DNA of 62,763 bases, taken from contig CAKZWV010000060.1 of NCBI GenBank assembly GCA_937922005.1, positions 1 through 62,763 on the forward strand. Reading direction: 5' to 3'. Origin of the DNA: an uncultured Clostridia bacterium. Lineage in GTDB: Bacteria > Bacillota > Clostridia > Saccharofermentanales > DTU023. Both the position numbers and the translations under genes were made by a program. Numbering within the stretch: position 1 is the first letter of the stretch; every line of letters starts with the position of its first letter. Below the pieces are notes generated by a model that was not told the DNA's origin, searched no databases, and saw only the letters and a program-made list of their open reading frames with translations. Positions 1 through 10,643 of the stretch are shown one piece after another.

Positions 1-186
1 ATAGGGGGTAGGCCAGGGCCAGGACCGTAAAAGTCTGGGAATTAGCAAGTATCACGTGGAGAGTCGGCAGGGTGATGAGGGCGGTCAAAAGCAGGGCAAA
101 ACCCTGGTATAGTCTGGGATTTTTTAAAAATGGTCCCTCTTTGATATCAAACAAATATTCCTTCCTTTCCTTACCCGATCGCCCTT

Positions 187-1113
187 TTACAGGGTGATGT
201 TGTAGAGCTGCTCCTGGGTAGTGTAGTAATCATTATCTTCTGGGTCGTAGATAGGGAGGGTAGATGGGGCCGCTTCGGTTGTCCCAACTTGGGCGTTGGT
301 TCCGGCTTTGTCGCTCGATCTGGCATCAACCTCGTCGTCCGTCGTAGACTCGTCGTTAGCTCCCGCCTGCCCTTTTTCCAGACCATTTTCCCTGACTTCT
401 TCATTCTGGTTGAGACTAGGTTCTTTAACGTTATTAGCTTCTGCCCGAGCCCGGTCGACTTCCTTTTGGATCGTGGTGAAAAAGTCGGCAGGAAAATCTT
501 CAGCGTGGTCCTTGGCAAAGGCCTCCACCCAATTGGGATTGTAGGAAGCGTAGTCAATCAGGGCATAGGCGGTCGCAAAACGAGTAACGGGCGTATCCAG
601 GGCCATGCCCGCCTTAACGGCTTCAAGAAAAAAAGCCAAGTTATAATCACTCCGATAGCCAATCTGGTAGCTCAGGGTAGCAGCCACTTCCCACTCATTG
701 CGGGCGGTCACATGCTGCCAGATCTCCTCCACCTGATCAGGAAAACGCCGATTCATATAGCCAAGTAGCTTAAAAAGGATCTGGTTGGTATCCCACCAAG
801 GTCGGTAGGTAATCATTTCAAAAATCTGGGTAAAGGCATCCTCAGAAAGCCTTCTTTTAAAATATACCAAATAATCCAAGGCCGCATACTGAAATTCCCG
901 GTAGTTTTGAATCCAGCAGGTATGGACGTATTCCCAGTCGATCGGAAGCTCTACCTTCGCTTCGGTGACGTAAAAGGGGGCGCAGAGCTGGCGGCGCTCC
1001 GCTGGGGTGACCCCTAAAAATTCAAAACGGTAATTGATGGCCTCTCGCATGGCCCGCCCCCGCTCTTGGTTGCTGGCCCGAATCATTTCGGTACAAATAT
1101 TTTTAAAAATCAA
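187..1113 (-). CDS. DNA alkylation repair enzyme family (AlkD/AlkC-like HEAT-repeat glycosylase) with acidic low-complexity C-terminal tail
   Basis: 308-aa ORF. The N-terminal ~220 aa has the all-helical W/Y-rich pattern of the DNA alkylation repair (AlkD) family. The C-terminal ~80 aa is D/E/T-rich and disordered. Confidence 0.5.
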   Translation of the reverse strand: MIFKNICTEMIRASNQERGRAMREAINYRFEFLGVTPAERRQLCAPFYVTEAKVELPIDWEYVHTCWIQNYREFQYAALDYLVYFKRRLSEDAFTQIFEMITYRPWWDTNQILFKLLGYMNRRFPDQVEEIWQHVTARNEWEVAATLSYQIGYRSDYNLAFFLEAVKAGMALDTPVTRFATAYALIDYASYNPNWVEAFAKDHAEDFPADFFTTIQKEVDRARAEANNVKEPSLNQNEEVRENGLEKGQAGANDESTTDDEVDARSSDKAGTNAQVGTTEAAPSTLPIYDPEDNDYYTTQEQLYNITL

Positions 1114-1409
1114 GACCTAAACCTCCATTTCTTTTTGTCTTATCTTAGACGAAGTAGAGGAAAATTTGTAGACAGCAGTTTAGGTCACACGGGGGGAAAT
1201 CTGTAAGGCAATAACTAGGGTCTGGAGGGAAAGCAGTAATTAGATTAAGATGAAAAACTTGCATGAAAAGAGTACATAGGTTATCATGTAAGCACCACAC
1301 CTTGCAAAAGCCAAGGCCTTTTTTTAACCTCGAAAAGCTCATTAATTGTGGATTATTGGGGGAAAAGGGGCGAGAGAAAATTTGCTAGGGTGATAATCCT
1401 TATTCGAAA

Positions 1410-2495
1410 ATGAGAAGGAGAATAGAGATGATTTCCATGAAAAACAAAAAGAACGCTGCTTTGCTGATTGCCTTTGGCATCTTGCTCAGCATGGGTTTGG
1501 GAGCTCTTTCCCTGCCCCCGATGACCCAGAGTCGTAGTCAAGTCTTAGCCGAGGAAGAAGCTTCCAAGACTGAGGAAGAAAGCAAGAAAGATAAAGCAAA
1601 AGAGACCGATAAGGCCAAAGAGACGGAGAAGGATAAGGAAACGGAGACCGTCAAAGAGACCGAGAAAGTTTCTGAAAAAGAGACAGAAAAGGCTAAAGAA
1701 ACAGAGAAAGACAAGGACAAAAATAAAGATAAAGACAAAGATAAGGACGCCAAAAAGGACAAAGAGGTTGATCCTAAGTTAGATCAAGAAAAAGAGGCTG
1801 AAAAGGCTGCCAAAGAATGGAAAAAAGATCCTTCTCTGTGGGCCACCAAGTCTTCTAAGAAAGATAAGACGATCACTGTGGCCGGGCAAGGTCAGGCCTT
1901 TACAGATCCAGATACCGTTTCTTTCAATGTCCGTGTCGAGACGACCAACCTCGACATTCTCAAGGCTCTGGCGGATAACACCGAATTTGCCAATGCCCTG
2001 GTCAAAAAGCTAAAAGACCTAGGCGTTGCCGATTCTGACATTCAGACGAGCAGAATGGATTTTTATATTGATTATGACTACAGCGGTGGGGAGCGGACCA
2101 TGAGAGGCTATAACGTGAGCCAGTCCTATGCCGTGACTCTTCGTAAAATCAGTGATTTTTCTACCATCGTGCCTGAAGTGATCAACGAGCATGTCATGAT
2201 TGATGGAGTTCAACTAAAAAAGGCCGATACTTCTGCTGAATATCAAAAGGCTGTTAGCCGGGCTTTGACCAATGCGGAGCAGGTCGCTGAGACTATTGCC
2301 AAACGCTTGGGCGTGAAGCTGGATCCTATCCCGAAGTTTGTCGATGAGAGCAATATGGGCTCTGATATTGGTTACTATGGCAGAGATTTTAAGATGGAGA
2401 ATATGGCCGGCGAAGGTGCCGGGGCACCCAGTCTGGAGACTGGGGCCATCACGGTTAGTGCTCAAGTCAAGGTTGTTTATCAGATCGTAGATTAG
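1410..2495 (+). CDS. SIMPL (DUF541) domain secreted protein with K/E/T-rich repeat linker
   Basis: Signal peptide (LLIAFGILLSMGLGALS) followed by KETEKDKE tandem repeats. The C-terminal domain ends in the SIMPL-typical '...GAITVSAQVKVVYQIV'. An RBS, aaggagaa, lies upstream. Confidence 0.6.
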   Translation: MRRRIEMISMKNKKNAALLIAFGILLSMGLGALSLPPMTQSRSQVLAEEEASKTEEESKKDKAKETDKAKETEKDKETETVKETEKVSEKETEKAKETEKDKDKNKDKDKDKDAKKDKEVDPKLDQEKEAEKAAKEWKKDPSLWATKSSKKDKTITVAGQGQAFTDPDTVSFNVRVETTNLDILKALADNTEFANALVKKLKDLGVADSDIQTSRMDFYIDYDYSGGERTMRGYNVSQSYAVTLRKISDFSTIVPEVINEHVMIDGVQLKKADTSAEYQKAVSRALTNAEQVAETIAKRLGVKLDPIPKFVDESNMGSDIGYYGRDFKMENMAGEGAGAPSLETGAITVSAQVKVVYQIVD

Positions 2496-2575
2496 ATCGT
2501 AAATTAGTAACATGCTAGCAAGGTAAAAAGCTAGTAGGGTTGCAAGCTCATAAGGTAGAAGAATAGGATAGATTC

Positions 2576-3784
2576 ATGGCAGATAGAGACCAACAAGGAC
2601 GTAAAAAAGGGCCCCAAGAGGATGATATCCAGATGGACCTTTCTAGGGTAATGGAGATGTCCGGGGCGGAAAATCCTTATGCAAGGGACTCTCGGCCCCA
2701 GACTGGGGCTAGTTCCTTTGGCCAGGATACCTCATACGACCAGGATAGTGGTCACAGCCAGGTGGCGCAGCAGGACCGGTATGGCCGTTCTGTCTTAGGC
2801 CACAAAGCCGGGGAGGGGGATCCTTCTGTGGAAGACCTGGACCCATTGGCCAACCAGGGTATACGCCGGTGGAACGGGGTGATGGCCTTGATTCTTGTGG
2901 TTCTAGGGATCGTCTTGATTGGAACAGGCGTTTATATCGCCTTCTTTTATAAAAATCCAAACCAGATTGATCCGGCACCGGGGAAGATGCTGAAGGCTGA
3001 AAGTAGTCAAGAAGCCCCTGTTCCCGTGGAAGACGTGGTTCTTAAGTTGGAAGACCTGGATGGGGAACATTTCCTTCGGGTTGAAAATAAGAATGCGGAC
3101 TATGCCATCAAAGAAGTAACCCTGACCTACGAAGTTCCTGTCAACCAGGCAACGGCATCAGACCAGAGAGAAAATAAAGATCAGAAGGATGGGGAGGAGG
3201 CAGCTTCCCAGGCAACGAAAGCAGGGGCGCAGACCCAAGTAGGTCCGCAATACCGACTTTTGCAGATTCCTTGCCCCATTGCTCCCCAGGGGGCTTCGGG
3301 CCTCCTATGGATCGCCAATCCGGAAGTTCTGCAAAACATTGCCTTTTTACAGTATGCAGTACGTCAGGGAGAAAAGCAGTATCTCATTACCTACAATTCG
3401 GCCTATGGGACCTATACCCTGGCGGATCAAAGCAAAGAAAAGCACCTCGGAGAGGCCCCTATGGTTTCAATGGATGACCTAAAGCTTGTGATCCAAGTCA
3501 AGGACGATACCCGAGTCGTAATGGTTAAAAATGGGTCTCAAGCAGAAATCTCTGGTCTCCAGGTGACCTACGAAGGCCCTAACCGAGTCCTAGGATATTT
3601 TAATATCTTTAGTGATCGGATTGCTGCAGGAGAGACAAAGACCTACGACGACATTGCCCTTCCAGAAGGGGATGTTCAAGTGATTTCCGTGGTTTATATA
3701 GCAAATAATCAGACAGTCATCACCTATGATGCAGTGAATGACCAATATGAATTTAGTACTATGAAGGATGTGCCGGCCGCATAG
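2576..3784 (+). CDS. hypothetical single-pass membrane protein (disordered N-terminus, one TM, beta-rich extracytoplasmic region)
   Basis: 402-aa ORF with a TM helix (VMALILVVLGIVLIGTGVYIAFF) and no recognisable catalytic motif. Confidence 0.35.
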   Translation: MADRDQQGRKKGPQEDDIQMDLSRVMEMSGAENPYARDSRPQTGASSFGQDTSYDQDSGHSQVAQQDRYGRSVLGHKAGEGDPSVEDLDPLANQGIRRWNGVMALILVVLGIVLIGTGVYIAFFYKNPNQIDPAPGKMLKAESSQEAPVPVEDVVLKLEDLDGEHFLRVENKNADYAIKEVTLTYEVPVNQATASDQRENKDQKDGEEAASQATKAGAQTQVGPQYRLLQIPCPIAPQGASGLLWIANPEVLQNIAFLQYAVRQGEKQYLITYNSAYGTYTLADQSKEKHLGEAPMVSMDDLKLVIQVKDDTRVVMVKNGSQAEISGLQVTYEGPNRVLGYFNIFSDRIAAGETKTYDDIALPEGDVQVISVVYIANNQTVITYDAVNDQYEFSTMKDVPAA

Positions 3785-3943
3785 GCGGGCTCCGTTAGGA
3801 AATATACGCAGGATACGTAAGTATTCAGGGAGTATTTGTTAAAGATCGCAAGTTTCAAGGTGGAATGAGCGATCTTTGATTATAGGGGTCTAAGTTTAGG
3901 CCTGGACTCTGGGCCTCCCATAGCAAGAAAGAAGGATGATAGG

Positions 3944-5314
3944 ATGGGACTCGTAAAGGCTTTGGCCGGTGCTGTTTCTGGCAGTTTAGCGGATCAGTGG
4001 TTAGAGGTTATAGAACCGGATGATATGAACGAAGGGGTTGTTTTTACCTCGGGGGTTATGGTCCGGAAAAATGACAAACGTAGTAGTAATCGGAAGGGAA
4101 CCGTGGATGTTATTTCTAACGGTTCTGCGGTCCATGTGTATGAAAATCAGTGCCTGCTCTTAGTAGAGAATGGGGCTATCGTTGACGTGGCAGCTGAGCC
4201 GGGCGTTTATACGGTCAATAATAGTTCGGAACCGTCGGTGTTCTCGGGGCCCTTCGGGGATGCCTTGAAGGCGTCTTTCAATCGTTTTAAGTATGGCGGG
4301 GGGACGCCCAATAAGCAGCTAGCTTTCTTTGTGAACCTGCAAGAGATCAAGGGGATCAAATTTGGTACTCGGAATCCCCTCCAGTATTTCGATGAGTTTT
4401 ATAATGCGGAGCTCTTCCTCCGGGCCTTTGGAACTTACTCGATTCGTGTCAAGGATCCGATCCTCTTTTATAAGGAAGTGATTCCCAAGAGTGCGCAGAC
4501 GCTCCACATGGATGACCTCAATGAGCAGTATCTCAACGAGTTCCTGACGGCCTTGCAGACTTCAATCAGCCAGATGTCGGTCGACAACTTCCGGATTTCG
4601 CATATTCCATCGAAATCCTTAGAATTATCCAAGTATATGGCCGATGCCTTGGATGAGGATTGGCTAAAAAATAGGGGCTTTGAGGTGGCCGCCGTTGCTA
4701 TTGCTAGCATTAGCTATGATGATGAGTCGAAAGAACTCATTAATATGCGCAATAAAGGGGCCATGCTCCAAGATCCTTCGATACGAGAGGGTTTTGTCCA
4801 AGGATCTGTGGCTCGCGGCCTTGAAAATGCCGGTTCCAATCCCAATGGGGCCGGACAAGCCTTTATTGGCATGGGCCTTGGGATGGGGGCTGGTGGCAAC
4901 TTTATGCAAGCGGCTTCTTCTAGTAACCAAGCTCAGATGCAGCAGGGCTATGGCCAGCAAGGCTATCCCGGCCAGTATCCTCCTCCAGGCTATGCTCCGT
5001 ATCCGTATCCTTACCCCTATCCGCCTCAAGGAGGGTATCCGCCTCAGGGTGGTTATCCCCCTCAAGGTGGCCAAGGCTACCCGCCCCAAGGAGGCCAGGG
5101 TTATCCCCCTCAAGGTGGCCAAGGCTACCCGCCCCAAGGAGGCCAGGGCTATCCACCCCAAGGCGGCCAAGGCTATCCTCCCCAGGGTAGCTATCCTCAG
5201 CAGGGTGGCTATCCTCAGCAAGGAGGCTATCCACCTCAAGGCGGCTACCCTCCCCAAGATGGCTCCGCTCCTAATCCTTCCCAAGGTCAAGCTCCTGAGG
5301 ATCAGGGCAATTAG
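3944..5314 (+). CDS. SPFH/band-7 family protein with C-terminal GYPPQGG proline-rich tandem repeats
   Basis: The N-terminal ~330 aa resemble SPFH-domain proteins. The C-terminus has more than 12 tandem copies of G(Q)GYPPQG. Antisense and alternate-frame ORFs over the repeat are artefacts. Confidence 0.55.
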   Translation: MGLVKALAGAVSGSLADQWLEVIEPDDMNEGVVFTSGVMVRKNDKRSSNRKGTVDVISNGSAVHVYENQCLLLVENGAIVDVAAEPGVYTVNNSSEPSVFSGPFGDALKASFNRFKYGGGTPNKQLAFFVNLQEIKGIKFGTRNPLQYFDEFYNAELFLRAFGTYSIRVKDPILFYKEVIPKSAQTLHMDDLNEQYLNEFLTALQTSISQMSVDNFRISHIPSKSLELSKYMADALDEDWLKNRGFEVAAVAIASISYDDESKELINMRNKGAMLQDPSIREGFVQGSVARGLENAGSNPNGAGQAFIGMGLGMGAGGNFMQAASSSNQAQMQQGYGQQGYPGQYPPPGYAPYPYPYPYPPQGGYPPQGGYPPQGGQGYPPQGGQGYPPQGGQGYPPQGGQGYPPQGGQGYPPQGSYPQQGGYPQQGGYPPQGGYPPQDGSAPNPSQGQAPEDQGN

Positions 5315-5625
5315 GAATAGGGCTAGGGCATTATCGCAGGCTTGTTAAGCCTGGTATCCCGTCCGGGTATTCTCTCCTGGGCGGGATTTTATCTGTATAA
5401 GGAAGCAGGCTTGTTAAGTCATAAATGCCCGAATGTGGGGGGACCGACCTCCTCGAGTAGCGGGAGCCACTTCTAGGCCTGACTGATAGTTGGCGCAAAA
5501 GCCTGAGATGACGGGATTTGGCTTGCTATTTGCCCTTATTTTTAGTACTCTGTAAGAGGCCCTTCGTGGAGTTTTTGCTCACGGGGGCTTCTTTCGCATG
5601 GAATATTTGAAGAAGGAGAAGGTGA

Positions 5626-6336
5626 ATGCAAGACTCCAATCTTTATTTGGTCTTTACGGCGACACAATTGATGACGGGCCATGTTATTCGCTTCTGCAGT
5701 GGTGAAAAGTATAGTCATGTGTCGGTCAGCTTGAATGCTGACCTATTTCCGGTTTTTTCATATGCCCGACTTTACTATTCTCCGGCTTTTTATGGGGGCT
5801 TTACGGAAGAGTCGATGTACCGCTATACCAGGGAGACCCCCCTCAAGGTCTGCTCCTTGCCTATTCCTGCGGGGGCGGCGGAGAAAATCCAGGAAGAATT
5901 TACCTGGCGACTGGAAAATCCGGGTGCCTATAATTTTGCATCTCTGCTGACCTATCCCTTTCATATGCAGGCCCAGCATGATGATTCTTTTACCTGCACG
6001 GAATTTGCCTATCATCTTTTGAAAACCTATGCGCCTGATTTAGATCTTAAGGATCCGCCCTTGGTCAAGGGGAAGCAGCGGGGGGCAGTGAGCCTCCAAC
6101 AGATGCAAGCCTTGGCCGACCCCTACCTGGTCTATGAGGGTACGGTGGGGGACTTTCTCGACCGCCGGGATGATCAGGTGGAGCAGGAGCGTTTAGAAGC
6201 ATGGGCCCGGGACCACTATTTGACCAAGATCACTTGGGGGGAGAAGTGGCAGAGGTGGAAAAAGACGGGAGGGATGATCTGGTCGGAGATGACCTACTTA
6301 ATGCAGTGGATGCGAGAAGGCCCCCAGGCCAGGTAA
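5626..6336 (+). CDS. hypothetical protein; possible permuted papain-like amidase (YiiX/YaeF-like, His-then-Cys order)
   Basis: 236-aa ORF. 'YSHVSVSL' (His) precedes 'FTCTEFAY' (Cys), the order seen in permuted NlpC/P60-like folds. RBS aggagaagg. Confidence 0.35.
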   Translation: MQDSNLYLVFTATQLMTGHVIRFCSGEKYSHVSVSLNADLFPVFSYARLYYSPAFYGGFTEESMYRYTRETPLKVCSLPIPAGAAEKIQEEFTWRLENPGAYNFASLLTYPFHMQAQHDDSFTCTEFAYHLLKTYAPDLDLKDPPLVKGKQRGAVSLQQMQALADPYLVYEGTVGDFLDRRDDQVEQERLEAWARDHYLTKITWGEKWQRWKKTGGMIWSEMTYLMQWMREGPQAR

Positions 6337-6519
6337 GCTCTGCTCGAAGGGAGCGAAGAGGGCGTATTTGTTCCCGAATGATGCTGATGCGGGAGTATTT
6401 GCAACTTATTTCAAGGAGTTTTTCTCGTGAATTTTTTCGTGGGAAATTGTTCGTGGAAATTTTTTAGTAATTTTTTTAGTGATACCTTTAGTATTTTTTC
6501 GTAGTAAGGAGATAGAAGA

Positions 6520-8382
6520 ATGAAGATCGACGATCAAAAAGGTCAAAAGAAGTCGTTTTATGTGACGACCCCTATTTATTATACTTCTGCCAAATTGGGT
6601 ATTGGCAACGCTTACACCACGCTTTTGGCGGATGTCTTTGCTAGGTGGCACCGGCTTATGGGGGAGGATGTCTTTTTCCTCACTGGTACCGACGAGCACG
6701 GGAAGAAGATCCAACAAAAGGCGGAAGAAATGGGAATGGAACCGAAGGCCTACGTGGATGGACAGATTGCCCCAATCAAGGACCTGTGGAAGCTTTTTTC
6801 TATCTCCTACGATCATTTTATCCGCACGACGGACCCGGAGCATGTCGAAGTAGTCAAAACGGTCTTTCAAAAGCTCTATGATCAAGGGGACATTTATCTG
6901 GGCAAGTATGAGGGCCTTTATTGCATTCCCTGCGAGACCTGGTTTACGGGGACAGAGGCTCCTGACGGGATATGTCCGGATTGTGGGCGGCCTCTGACAG
7001 AAATGAATGAGGAATGCTATTTCTTCCGCCTCTCTAAATATGCCGACCGCCTGATCGCTTATCTAGATGAGCATCCGGATTTTATCCTTCCAGCCTTCCG
7101 GGCCAATGAGTTAAAGAGAAATTTCCTGGAAAAAGGCCTCCAGGACCTGGCCATTTCCCGGTCCACTTTTGATTGGGGCATTCCCTTGCCCTTTGACGAA
7201 AAACACGTGGCATACGTCTGGGTCGATGCTCTGAGCAACTATCTGACGGCCATTGGCTACCGGGCCGATGGGAAGGCAGATCCCGAGGCCCAGGCTCAAT
7301 TCGAGAAATATTGGCCAGCCGACCTCCAACTAGTGGGGAAAGATATTATTCGCTTCCACGGGATTATTTGGCCCATTTTATTGATGGCTTTAGATTTGCC
7401 CATGCCCAAGCACCTCTTTGCCCATGGCTGGCTCTTAAATCGGGGGCGGAAAATGAGTAAATCCAAAGGGAATACCATGGATCCAACTTTACTGAGCCAA
7501 ATAGTCCCGATCGACGGGATCCGCTATTATGTCCTCAGTGCGATGAATGATGGCGATGATGGGGACTACGACACGGATGAGCTCTTGGATCGGTCGAATT
7601 CTTTCTTAGCCAATGATGTAGGGAACCTCCTCAGTCGGACGGTAGCTATGATCCGGCAGAATTTCCCCGAGGGCTTTTCTGCGAAGACACTCGACGAGTT
7701 CCATAACCTGGTGGCCGCGATGCCCGAGGATTTCTTGGCTAGCGGCCTAGATGTCCAGGTGGATGATGCTCTGGCGGAGGCTGATCCTGCGGTCCGGAAG
7801 GAAAATCGAGACCGCTTGATTTGGAATCTTTGTGCACGGATGCGGGCGGGCCAGGAGGCCATGCACAAGGCCATGGAGGCTTTCCATGTAGTGAAGTCTT
7901 TGGATGCCCTGGCGGCTTGGACGGGGGCAGCCAACCTCTTTATTGACCAGACGAAACCTTGGGCTCTAGCCAAGTCGGAAGATCCGGCAGACCGAGATTT
8001 CTTGGCCCTGGGTCTTTTAGCCCTCACCGAGACCATGTATCAGCTGGCCGTCTATATGGAGCCCTTTGTGCCGGGTCTGGCTTTGGCTTATCTCAAGGGC
8101 CTTGGGATGGAAGTGCCGGAGGGGCAGGCCTTCTATGAGAACTTTAGTTTTGCTAGCTGCAAGTCTTTGGACCACATCCAGGCCGATCGACCCTTTGAAG
8201 AGGTGGCGGCCCTCTATCCTCGCCTGAAGAAGGCGGAGACCCTCAAGGCTATTGAAGATCTAATTCAGAAGGCGGCCAAGGAGGAAGCGGCGAAGGAGAA
8301 GGCAGCAGCAAAGGATAAGGCAGCGAAAGAAAAGGCAGCAGCCAAGGATTCTGCGCCTGCCAAGGAGGGCAAGGATGAGTAA
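6520..8382 (+). CDS. metG: methionine--tRNA ligase
   Basis: Class I synthetase with a KMSKS motif (KMSKSKGN), a Zn-knuckle CPDCG and an N-terminal 'PIYYTS..GNAYT' motif. A K/A/E-rich C-terminal tail replaces the usual tRNA-binding domain. Confidence 0.93.
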   Translation: MKIDDQKGQKKSFYVTTPIYYTSAKLGIGNAYTTLLADVFARWHRLMGEDVFFLTGTDEHGKKIQQKAEEMGMEPKAYVDGQIAPIKDLWKLFSISYDHFIRTTDPEHVEVVKTVFQKLYDQGDIYLGKYEGLYCIPCETWFTGTEAPDGICPDCGRPLTEMNEECYFFRLSKYADRLIAYLDEHPDFILPAFRANELKRNFLEKGLQDLAISRSTFDWGIPLPFDEKHVAYVWVDALSNYLTAIGYRADGKADPEAQAQFEKYWPADLQLVGKDIIRFHGIIWPILLMALDLPMPKHLFAHGWLLNRGRKMSKSKGNTMDPTLLSQIVPIDGIRYYVLSAMNDGDDGDYDTDELLDRSNSFLANDVGNLLSRTVAMIRQNFPEGFSAKTLDEFHNLVAAMPEDFLASGLDVQVDDALAEADPAVRKENRDRLIWNLCARMRAGQEAMHKAMEAFHVVKSLDALAAWTGAANLFIDQTKPWALAKSEDPADRDFLALGLLALTETMYQLAVYMEPFVPGLALAYLKGLGMEVPEGQAFYENFSFASCKSLDHIQADRPFEEVAALYPRLKKAETLKAIEDLIQKAAKEEAAKEKAAAKDKAAKEKAAAKDSAPAKEGKDE

Positions 8383-9337
8383 AAAGAAGAGAATTCTCCC
8401 TCCTATCCCCCAAGATCCCAGGATTCGCTATTTTGACACCCATAGCCACCTCCATGACCCCCAATTTGAGGAGGATCGCCTGGATGTCTTGGCCAAGGCG
8501 GATGAAGTAGGAGTGGACCGGATTCTTTTCCCATCGGCCAACATTGAGGATACCAAGCAAGCCTATGAGGCCGCCCTAGGGGTCCAGTTGCTCCGCCATA
8601 AGGGGAGGATGAACCTGCCGAGGACCTATGCCTCTCTGGGGGTTCATCCCCAGGAAGCAAAGTCCTGGGAAGGGGAGGCCAGCTATAAGGTCTGTAAGAC
8701 CATAGCAAGCCGCCCCGATGCCGGAGCCGGGGAACCCGTGATACTGGCGGTAGGGGAAATTGGTTTGGATTACCATGAGCCAGAGCCCCCGAGGGACCTG
8801 CAAAAGGAAGTCTTCCGGGCTCAGCTAGCCTTGGCGGATGAGCTTGACTTGCCGGTTATCATCCATATGCGAGACGCTACAGAGGATACTCTGGAGATTC
8901 TGAAGCCCTACATCGCTGAGGGCGGACTCAAGAAAAGAGGGGTTATTCACTGTTATTCGGGTTCCTGGGAGTCGGCCAAGATTTTCTTGGATTTAGGTTT
9001 TTACCTGGGTCTGGATGGTCCTTTGACCTATAAAAAGGCACAAAAGCCAGTCGAAGTGGCCCAAAATATTCCCTTGGATCGTCTCGTTTTAGAGACGGAT
9101 TCTCCTTATCTGACTCCGGAGCCCTGGCGGGGAAAACGAAATGATTCCCAGTACCTCCCCCTTATTGCTTGGCGGGCAGCCAGCGTGCGGGGAGTCATCG
9201 ATGGCCAGGAGGAGGCCAAGTCGCAAGAAGAGATTAGGGCCTTGAATCCGGATGAGGTGGAGGCCTATCGGGCTTTTTGTGAAGCTATTTATCAAAATTC
9301 CTTGAAATTATATGGCCTGGAGGATGAAGAAGCCTAG
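8375..9337 (+). CDS. TatD family metal-dependent hydrolase with ~50-aa internal insertion
   Basis: 'FDTHSHL' start and 'HCYSG' motifs. It follows and overlaps metG, as in the Bacillus metS-yabD arrangement. Confidence 0.8.
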   Translation: MSKKKRILPPIPQDPRIRYFDTHSHLHDPQFEEDRLDVLAKADEVGVDRILFPSANIEDTKQAYEAALGVQLLRHKGRMNLPRTYASLGVHPQEAKSWEGEASYKVCKTIASRPDAGAGEPVILAVGEIGLDYHEPEPPRDLQKEVFRAQLALADELDLPVIIHMRDATEDTLEILKPYIAEGGLKKRGVIHCYSGSWESAKIFLDLGFYLGLDGPLTYKKAQKPVEVAQNIPLDRLVLETDSPYLTPEPWRGKRNDSQYLPLIAWRAASVRGVIDGQEEAKSQEEIRALNPDEVEAYRAFCEAIYQNSLKLYGLEDEEA

Positions 9338-9589
9338 GGATAAACCTAGGGAGGGAGCCGGATTCCCTACTTAATGTAGATGGGTCCCCTGGCCTTCCTG
9401 GTTATGGACTGTAGCTTGGAGCCTAGGCTCTGTGCCTGGCTTGTAAGTTTGCTGTTGCAGGTTCGTAAGGGAGAAATGACATAAAAAGAGTATAGTAGAG
9501 CAAGGATAAACATAAGTGAGAAGCGGCCTTGCCTTTTCTAGGAGGGAGTATTTGCCCTGTCTAAAAAGTGAGGGTCGAAAGGAGAAAGT

Positions 9590-10528
9590 ATGAAAGTTGT
9601 TTTTTTGGAAGATTTTGAGAAGACGAATGAGGAATTGAAAGAACTGCTGGCGGCTGCGGCACCGGAGAAGGACCTGGAGCCGGTTCTTTGGGAGGGAGAG
9701 GATTTTGTAGAAAAAGAAAAGAAAACTCTCGATGAGGCTGAAATCCTCGTGACAGGAAATACTCCCGTAACCGCTGAGATTATGGAGGCTATGCCGGCGC
9801 TGAAGTTTATTAGCGTGGCCTTTACTGGCCTGGACCATGTAGACTTAAAGAAGGTTGAAGAAAAAAACATCAAGGTTCAAAATTGTGCGGGCTATGCAAC
9901 GGAAGCTGTGGCAGAGCTCAATATTCTCTTTACCTTAGCCTTGCTTAGAAAACTGCGGACGAATTTTATTCTGGCCAGGAATTCAGAGACCAGACTCTTC
10001 CCAGGCCGAGAGCTTCGGGGGCGTAAGGTCGGTATAGTGGGGACAGGGGCCATTGGCCAACGGACAGCGGAGCTCTTAAAGGCTTTTGGAGCGGAGGTCC
10101 TGGGCTGGTCGAGGACCCACTATGACACTTTCCAAGGAACCTATGTCGATGACCTGGCAACCCTGGTTGAGGAAGCGCAGATTATTATCTTGGCCCTGCC
10201 TTTGAATGAAGAGACCGAGGGCATCATCAATAAAGAGATTTTTGCAAAGATGAAGCCTGATACCTATCTGGTGAATACGGCCCGGGGGAAGCTCGTCGAT
10301 GTGTCAGCTGTTCCGGACGCCATTTCCCATGATACCTTGGCGGGGATTGCTTCGGATGTCTTCCAGACTGAGCCGCCCCTTTCCAGAGAAGATGTCCTTG
10401 TGGGCTTAAGCACTAGCGCCTTGGATAAGGTCTTGATCACCCCCCATATTGGCTTTTTTACTGAAGAAGCCTTGGCGGCTAGGCTGGAGATGGCCATGGC
10501 CCATATTGGGGAGTATTTGAAAAAGTAG
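9590..10528 (+). CDS. D-isomer-specific 2-hydroxyacid dehydrogenase family protein (NAD-binding)
   Basis: GxGxxG 'GIVGTGAIGQRTAELL' and a catalytic-domain pattern '...ARG..VD...'. RBS aaaggagaaag. Confidence 0.8.
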   Translation: MKVVFLEDFEKTNEELKELLAAAAPEKDLEPVLWEGEDFVEKEKKTLDEAEILVTGNTPVTAEIMEAMPALKFISVAFTGLDHVDLKKVEEKNIKVQNCAGYATEAVAELNILFTLALLRKLRTNFILARNSETRLFPGRELRGRKVGIVGTGAIGQRTAELLKAFGAEVLGWSRTHYDTFQGTYVDDLATLVEEAQIIILALPLNEETEGIINKEIFAKMKPDTYLVNTARGKLVDVSAVPDAISHDTLAGIASDVFQTEPPLSREDVLVGLSTSALDKVLITPHIGFFTEEALAARLEMAMAHIGEYLKK

Positions 10529-10643
10529 GATAGGCGAAAGTGCCGGCCTTGATGAAAGCGCAGGCTTTCGCAAGAGCGCAAGAGCTCAAGGGCGCAAGGT
10601 CGCAAGGGCGCAAGGGCGGAGGAGAGGATGGCTAGGACAAGGA

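Noticed and set aside
1538-1762. 74-aa antisense ORF (SLSLSF repeats) inside the SIMPL gene
   Set aside because: It mirrors the KETEKDKE coding repeat on the other strand, with no RBS. Artefact.
4664-5348. Long ORFs on both strands (208 aa minus, 222 aa plus) overlapping the 3' end of the SPFH gene
   Set aside because: They lie entirely within the GC-rich GYPPQG repeat array and have repetitive, low-complexity translations. They are frame artefacts of the repeat.
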